NCBI GenBank assembly: GCA_964057225.1
Contig: OZ059899.1
Span: forward strand, 13,454,001 to 13,518,000
Origin: Auanema rhodensis
Lineage: Eukaryota; Animalia; Nematoda
Direction: 5' to 3'
Length of the DNA stretch: 64,000 bases
The first letter of the stretch is position 1, and each line of letters begins with the position of its first letter. The notes under the pieces were generated by a model. It did no database searches. It saw only the letters and a program-made list of their open reading frames with translations, and was not told the origin of the DNA. The position numbers and the translations under genes were made by a program. Shown piece after piece: positions 56,578-64,000 of this stretch.

Positions 56578-59500
56578 AACTACCCTGTTCCTTAATCTCG
56601 TCTTCGTATTCTTAAATGTAAGCTAGACTCAACAGTAAACACTCGGAAACATGATGAAGAGAATAAAATTGGTAAATCAGACAATATGTTTGTTGTTTTT
56701 ACAAGGATACATGATGAGACCATATAGTATTATTGGATTATACCTCAAAGTATACATATAGTATACGATGTTATACAGGAAATGTTGAATGAAAAGCCAT
56801 GCCATTCTTCCGCTTTTTTCCATGTAAACTAATTGGCTATTATTCAACTTCACTTAACTTTGTGAAGAAGGTTCAGTTAGAAAGTTAGCATATAACATGT
56901 ACAAGAGAAAGAGAGGGAATGAAGAGGGCGCTATTGGTGTAAAGAGATAACGTCAAAACTATTGAAGTAAAATAAAAAAAAATTTAGAAAGAAATATTCT
57001 TTTAATTATATGATAAAATTAAATATTTAAGTACAAAAATGATGAAATTTCTTGTAAATAAACGAATAAAAGAAAGAAGATATGAAAGAAATAACATGAG
57101 AAATGAAAGAACATGTCTTGTAAAAACATATAAAGACAAGCATTTTATGATCATCATAACAACAACATATAGATGTTACTTGTGAAGGTACAAAGAACTT
57201 TATAAGACTTGTCTATACTGTATAAGATGAAGGATAGGAGGGTGAGTAGATGTATTGTTCAGAGAATAGCCGTGAACAAGCTCGGTTATGAGTAGTGCAA
57301 ACATACAGATGGTCTAATCCGTTGATGTTCGACGTCGTGGGACTATGTTCAGACGAACTAAATCAGATTTTCAGGTGAGAAGAACTCTTTCGCTTTGTCC
57401 ATCTTCCCTTTAAGTTCTTCACATACCTATACTATTGGAAAGAGTGTATAGTACAGAGAGAGAGAGAGAGGGAAACAGAGAAAGAGAGAATATACTAATA
57501 GACTTAGTATACAATCTTAGTATACATGCATACTATTTGTTTTCTTTAAAATAATATGAACATATAGTTAGTTATATTATTAACTATATATCCTATAGAG
57601 TAATAATCTCTTCAACTTCCTCTTCATCAACTTAATCAAAGCATATCAAATCTTATACAAAAGCATCCAATGTATGTATATCATGCTAAAAGTCAAAAAC
57701 ACTTCATATAGGATTAAGTAAGTAAGTAATATAGCTTTGTATGAACATCAGATCAAGAACTACTTGAAAAGCTTATTAGAACCTTAATCATATGCCTCTT
57801 AATGCTTAGCTGCTATGCACATTCACACATAAGCTATACGTACATTGATATATATATAATACAATTTGAATTAATTTTACAAATTTGATTGAAGAACAGA
57901 AACAACAAAGTAATTTTTTCATTTTTTTCTATTTTTCAAATAAAATATTTTATTATTATTTATTATTAAATAAAACAAATTATATTAGTTTAAAAATATC
58001 TTTCAATTCAAACCGATTCTCATTAATGCATCAAGTTACAACATAATCAGATGATAAGAATTGTTTTGAATGAAGTTGCAAAAATTATTTTTCCAATATA
58101 AAATATTTTATAATATTACTAATCATATGATATGATGATTTTCATCTTGTTAGTATACATATAGTATATATTATATTAAATAACTTTATACTATATATAT
58201 ATAAGAAAACGAAGAAGAAGAAGAAGAAGAAAAAGGAAAAGAACAACCGTTTAACGTTGCTGATAGAATGAAAATGAACGACCGGTTGATGTTAGTTCAT
58301 TGGAATAAATGGCAAGTGTTCACGTAATTCACGTGAACATTTTCAAAAAAAAATCAAAAAGAAGAAATGATATCATGTATATATGCATGTGTGTATGTAA
58401 CTATTGTTAGAAAGAGATAGAAGTTTCTACAGATGCAGAAAGAAAAAAAGAAAATTTTCAATTTGTATGATCAAAAGTCAAAACAGTTGATTGAAATGAA
58501 CTTGTCAAATGAATCATATTGTAATATCATATATCTATCTATATATATATAAGATAAGAAAAAGATGATACATGTTAGAGAAATGTGATCATTGTTCTAT
58601 TAAATAATCAAAAAATAATATATTTTAACTATATGTATAGCTAAATGATTGAATGTATTTGGATAGCTATGAGATATATTTATATAAATCATATATAATA
58701 TTATAATTATATAGGAATAGATTGCATCAATTATCTATTGTATGTTAACCAATTAACCTTGGTTGCTAAGAAAATTAAGCTGATTCGATTTTGCAACTTA
58801 AAGTCATTAAAATTGGAAGAAATATGTGATATTTTCTTTTTTTTTTCTTTTAAAAAAAATTTGGAATCGAAATGTCTTTTAGATTTACTTTAACAGGTTC
58901 AAAACTTTAGTTTTCTGCAGCATTTTCACTATCGTTTTCAGCAAAAAAAAAGAAGACGATTATATGCGGTTATATGATATATGGCAGAAGTATGAAAAGT
59001 GAATGAAAGATAGATAAAAAGCAGTTCAAAGAAATTACATGAAACATACAAAAATGAAAGTAAAGTGGAATTCACTATTATAGAGGGAAGGTCAAAGAGA
59101 GAGAGAGAGAGAAAAAACGAATTGAAAGGATAACTACTTCCTTATACTGTTTCTGCCTATCTGTGCGAGATAGATGATGGACACACTTCCAAATGCCATT
59201 TACACTATTCATTTGACGGTTAGGAGACAACTGGCTGAATATGGAACAATGAAGCCTTTTCGAATGAATGTTTGTGGTCAACATGGTCATGCTTAAGCTG
59301 CCATACCTCTCTCTCAGATAGTCTCTCTCTTGATTGCGTTTCTCGTCGTTCTTCTCTCTCACTACATCTCTCGTGTTCATTAGGTCATTCAAAATGAATG
59401 GAAAGAGCTTCATGTATTCGATAATTCTTTTTATAAATTATCTTTAAGATGGACGAATAATAAATAAATATATATAGAGATACATAAATATATAATTAAT

Positions 59501-59782
59501 CTAATTCTTAGAATTTGTTGACAATCTTTTTGCTTTGATCGACCAACAAAACTTTTTAAGTTCGTTCAAGTTCATTAAGTATGAAAGAAAGTTCATAAAC
59601 TTGTCTGTTTACACGAAAAACACTTGAAAATATGATTTTATGAACGGTTTATCTGTCTTTAAATACTTCTAAATGACTATTTTCCATATTCTATATGCAT
59701 ATAGTTTATTTAAAATTCAATTCTCATGTAATTTCCATAGAAAAATAGTTAGTCTACATTCATTCTCCATCCATCCCTCCTT

Positions 59783-59820
<38 letters not shown>

Positions 59821-62010
59821 ATTTCTTCAACCTGGTCTTGTCGCATGTGATCTTCTCTTTAAAAGACAACAGAAGGAAAATCCTCAATAAATTGGAAGCA
59901 AATACCAACTATAAGCTTAAGTATAGGCATAGTTTATGTTTTTTCATGCAAAAAAAAATATCTTTTTATGAGGAAACAAGATATGAAACGGCATATAACA
60001 TATAGGGCTTGTAAGCTTGAACAAGCTTGGAAACTTGTTCCTCTAATAGCTTTAAATGATTTTTTTCGTCTCAGAACATTACATTGAATTAATCAAATAA
60101 GAACTAACAAAAAACTATTTTTGAATAATATCCAGGGAGAATACAAGGTGAATTTCATTTCAAATTCAGAAAAAAAGACAAAAAAGGCGACAGAAGATTG
60201 ACGTTGGCTTTGATTCACGACCTAATAGAAGTAAAGTCTGATCATCTTAAGATAGTGTTCGATGATTGTAATGGTTATTCACTCCCTTTACTTAATATAT
60301 GAAATAGTATGTATAGATAAGAGAATTAAAGAATTACAGAGAAAGTAGATGAACACCAATAGAGTAAACCAAACGAAGAGAAAAAGAGATGAAAAGATAG
60401 AGAGAGGAAGTGAGACATATACGTCAAAAGAGGCAAAGAAGAAGAGTGAGAGAGAGAAAGAGAGGAAATCTTCGATCTAAAACTACATGAACCTATCCAA
60501 CTCTTCATCGTGACTGTCAAAGGCCATCTAAGGCCAAGTGACCATCGTCTCCTTCACCTTCCTACCTCTTCCTCTTTCTCTCGTCTCATTCCTTGTTCCA
60601 CTCTTGTAACTCTTTCTGTCCCAGAGGCGGTAAACTCTTGTCTACAACAATCTGGAGATACTATCTACCTTTCACCAATTTTTCCGCACTTTTTGTTAAT
60701 CTTTCCGAATATTTTCATTCGAACGACATCAATACATTTATCACGTTAATCTTTTTATGTTACAGAAACATCTATCACTAACTTTCAAATGTTTTTTGAA
60801 TAGAAAAACGACAGAAACATTCGATTAGATGATGAACAGCTAGGAAATGAGGTTGACGAGATAGATGAATTACATTTGCTTGGCATCTTGCCTACTAACT
60901 GTAAGGAACTAATTGGGATTCCTTAAGAAATTTGTCAGTTAATGGGCAAAAACTTGAAAAAACTACATTGCAATGAAATTTTGTTTGTTCGAAAAATTAA
61001 AAAAGTTCAAGAAAAGTTCGACTTTGAAAGGTATAGATTTCATTTTGATTATCAGATAAGAAAATTGAAATAAATATATACTAAGAGTACGAATATATGA
61101 TGTTAGAGGGAAATAGGTCTCAAATAGAAAATATGCCTAATAAGCTGAAAAAATAGCTTCGGGCTGACAAGAATGACAAGCCGGTTTGTTGAATAAAATG
61201 GGCGGCCGACGAGGAGGAATGACCAGCAGCACCATCATCAGGCATGATAAGAAATGACGACTAGACCGGGCATTGTCTCCAGATGACATGAGGAGGAAAC
61301 GAAGAAAGAAAGAGAGAGAGAGAGAGAGGGAGAGAGAGAGAGAGAGAGAGAGAGGTGGGAGTAAGGGAGAGAAAGGTGGGATTGTATCTACTAAGACCTC
61401 TCGGATATGAAAAAAGGTAATGAAAAGCCGTCAGATGAAGCGAAATAAATAGAAAATTGAAAATACCGGGGGGGAGATAAGGATCAAAAAAATGCAAAAA
61501 AAACGATGAAACGGATAGACTACAAATCATGAGATCACAAAATTTCAATAAATAACTGAAGAACAAATAGAAAAAATAAAAAAAGAATCGTTTGCTATTA
61601 CTGAAAAGGAAAGAAAACTAATCTCAAATATTTGTAAATTCAATAGAGTGAATGGTGAAGAAGCATAAGGCTGGTGCTGTTAGCAGAGGTCACAACTAAG
61701 AGGTTCGCACTTCTTCGAGAGCTTTCATAGATGTTTGTCATCACATCATCATCATCTAAACATGATGTAACACAAATATTCAGAAAATTTAATTTGAAAA
61801 AGGAAGAGTGAGAGTTCCTACGGCTAAGAAATAAATGAGATAAATGTTGACGATAAAACTGTGAAGTTGAATCATATTTGAGGAAAAGTTTTTGGAATTC
61901 AAATTAAAAGATTAGATGAATACGTCAGAAAACACAGTTTGCATCGGTATAAGCTATGCAATGTGTGGGATTGTGTTGTCCTCGAATCTACAGCATGTAG
62001 GTAGTGTCTA

Positions 62011-62013
<3 letters not shown>

Positions 62014-62064
<51 letters not shown>
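62014..62064 (+). repeat. (TC)n microsatellite
   Basis: About 25 perfect TC units. Confidence 0.95.
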
Positions 62065-62067
<3 letters not shown>

Positions 62068-62586
62068 GAAATTGACGACGTCGAACATTAACTATAGGAT
62101 ATAATAATATAAAAATTAGAATAATCGTAAACGTAGTTAAGAAGTCGTTGTACTCAATACATTTTATGATAAAAAAAAAGTTTTAAAGAACTGTAAAGGA
62201 GATAATTTGTTTTTTTTTGTCAAACTCAATGAAAGTAAAGATTTCAGAGAGTCAAAGTAATGAGACAGACCAAGAGAAAATATAAGAAGAAAGGTTCGAA
62301 AAAATATTGAAAAGACATGGAAAGAACGATTATAGTATGTTCAGTCAAGCGATATCTATGCAAGTTGTAACAGGTAGTTTGAAGCCTAATTGAAGAACAG
62401 AGGGGGAACAAGCTAAAATGGAATCATCTCGGTAATTTCTATCCAATGTTTGTCTAGTTTTTCCTTTTTTGTCACTTTTTTTCCTTTTTAAATCCATAAG
62501 ACATTGATATCGGCTAATGACAAAAAAAAACAAATCAGGCTGTTACTTTCGATAAAGAGATATGGAAAAAGAGAGAGAGAGAGAGG

Positions 62587-62618
<32 letters not shown>

Positions 62619-63767
62619 GCGCGAACAAGAAAAGAGGAAAGAAAGAACCGGGAAAAGATGAAGTACAAAGACCACACTGAAGCTCGATGAAAAAAATTTT
62701 TTATTAGGCATACTGTGTGGAAAAAGAACATTTTCTACGATGCCTAAGCTGGTAGGTCGTGCAAATCTATCACGTAGAACGAGATGCTTGTCTTTCCTTA
62801 CTACATGTACACACACCGATACTCCTGGTACAATATCGTTTTTCTTCATCTTCACTGTTTTTCCTATCATTTCTATCGGATCTTTCTCCTCTTTTTTTCT
62901 CAAATGTCGAGGATAGTAGAAGCATCAGAAATCGTTTTATTGGCGATTTTCACCGAAAATTAGTCCTGACAGGTGATGGTCATTCGGCGCACTTTGTTTA
63001 GTTTAGACAAGCAGAGGACAACATGACACTTTGTCATTTTTTTTTTGAGTTGAGAACTCTGACTTGGATAGAAAAATTATGGAAAATGGCTGTTTATGAA
63101 AAGTTTTTTTGAAGAAAATCTAGATTTTTTAATATAAAGAAAAGTTTTAATGACTATATACTATATGTATATACTAACTATGCTTTTATGCTATAATGCC
63201 AAAATTCATTGTGATCGCTGTCGTCGTCGGCAAAATAATTGAAACTGTCAATGTCAGACAGATGGACAATATAAATGATGATGATGATGATGATGATGAT
63301 GGTAAGGGTGGTGAGGGAAAAGGAAATTGTTAGCTGGAGGAATGTGAGGAGGATCAGAGAAACAAGTCGAAACACACCACCGACTATAAGGAAGCCAGAA
63401 ACAATAATTTCCCTTTTTCAACTATTTTACTATTGCCTTTCTCAACATAAACGAATGTGAATATCCAATAACTACTGCGAATTTTGAAATGTTAACTGAC
63501 GAAATGATTGAGACCTCCATACAATGTAGAAAAGCCGAACTTGTCATTCTTTACGGTCTTTCTCCGTCTTTCTCTCTTTCTCTTTCTCTCTCTATATTCC
63601 CCTATCTATCATCATGTCTCTCTCTTTATATCCTATATACCCGTGTCTTCTCTTTCTAAGCCATGTCAACCTTCACCTTTCAACAAACTCAGACAAAACA
63701 AACTGGATATATCGTCTGGCCTCATTGCAATTTACCTCCATGTCTCCATCCTCATTCTTCCCCCTCA

Positions 63768-63808
<41 letters not shown>

Positions 63809-64000
63809 GCAATCTATATTTTAATTTCTTCATCTACAACTCTCTATATATCTTTTTCACTTTCTCTATCTATCTCTTTCATTACCTCATTCCAATATCG
63901 TAAGGAAAACCGTAACGGAGAACTTCCTGAGATTTACATATCTCTATCTAAATAATGTCAACCGTCAATAAGAACGAAACAAACTGTTCCAAAATCTTCG

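Noticed and set aside
60840-60894. Weak hairpin with minus-strand AGGCAAGATG (miR-31/72 seed)
   Set aside because: Pairing depends on G-U pairs on the opposite strand with many bulges; not a credible pre-miRNA for that arm.

Overview
AT-rich, intron-dense eukaryotic DNA, almost certainly from a rhabditid nematode (C. elegans-like genes, 40-60 nt introns, trans-splice-like acceptors). The ORF track is fragmented by introns, so gene models were spliced by eye. 1-25 kb is a compact, mostly plus-strand housekeeping cluster, probably with operons: gamma-tubulin (partial), NIPA Mg2+ transporter, REEP, PRP16/mog-1, an F-box/LRR gene, fucose-1-P guanylyltransferase, CD2BP2/teg-1 and rab-35. It also holds an internally deleted mariner element. 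25-64 kb is gene-poor and rich in (GA)n: zig-8, an F-box gene, a cuticlin and a SEA-domain mucin-like membrane protein, all on the minus strand. Best leads: (1) a 95-aa antisense microprotein with a CDCA3/Tome-1-like DPRSPxxxxxRTP motif whose CDS overlaps the FPGT stop; (2) a ~165-nt G-U-rich structured RNA candidate antisense in a zig-8 intron; (3) a shared TCCCAC(GT) motif upstream of putative downstream-operon trans-splice sites; (4) a possible two-anchor orphan membrane microprotein; (5) a TEG-1 GYF domain lacking its signature residues. No database searches were run; orthology calls rest on recalled motifs.
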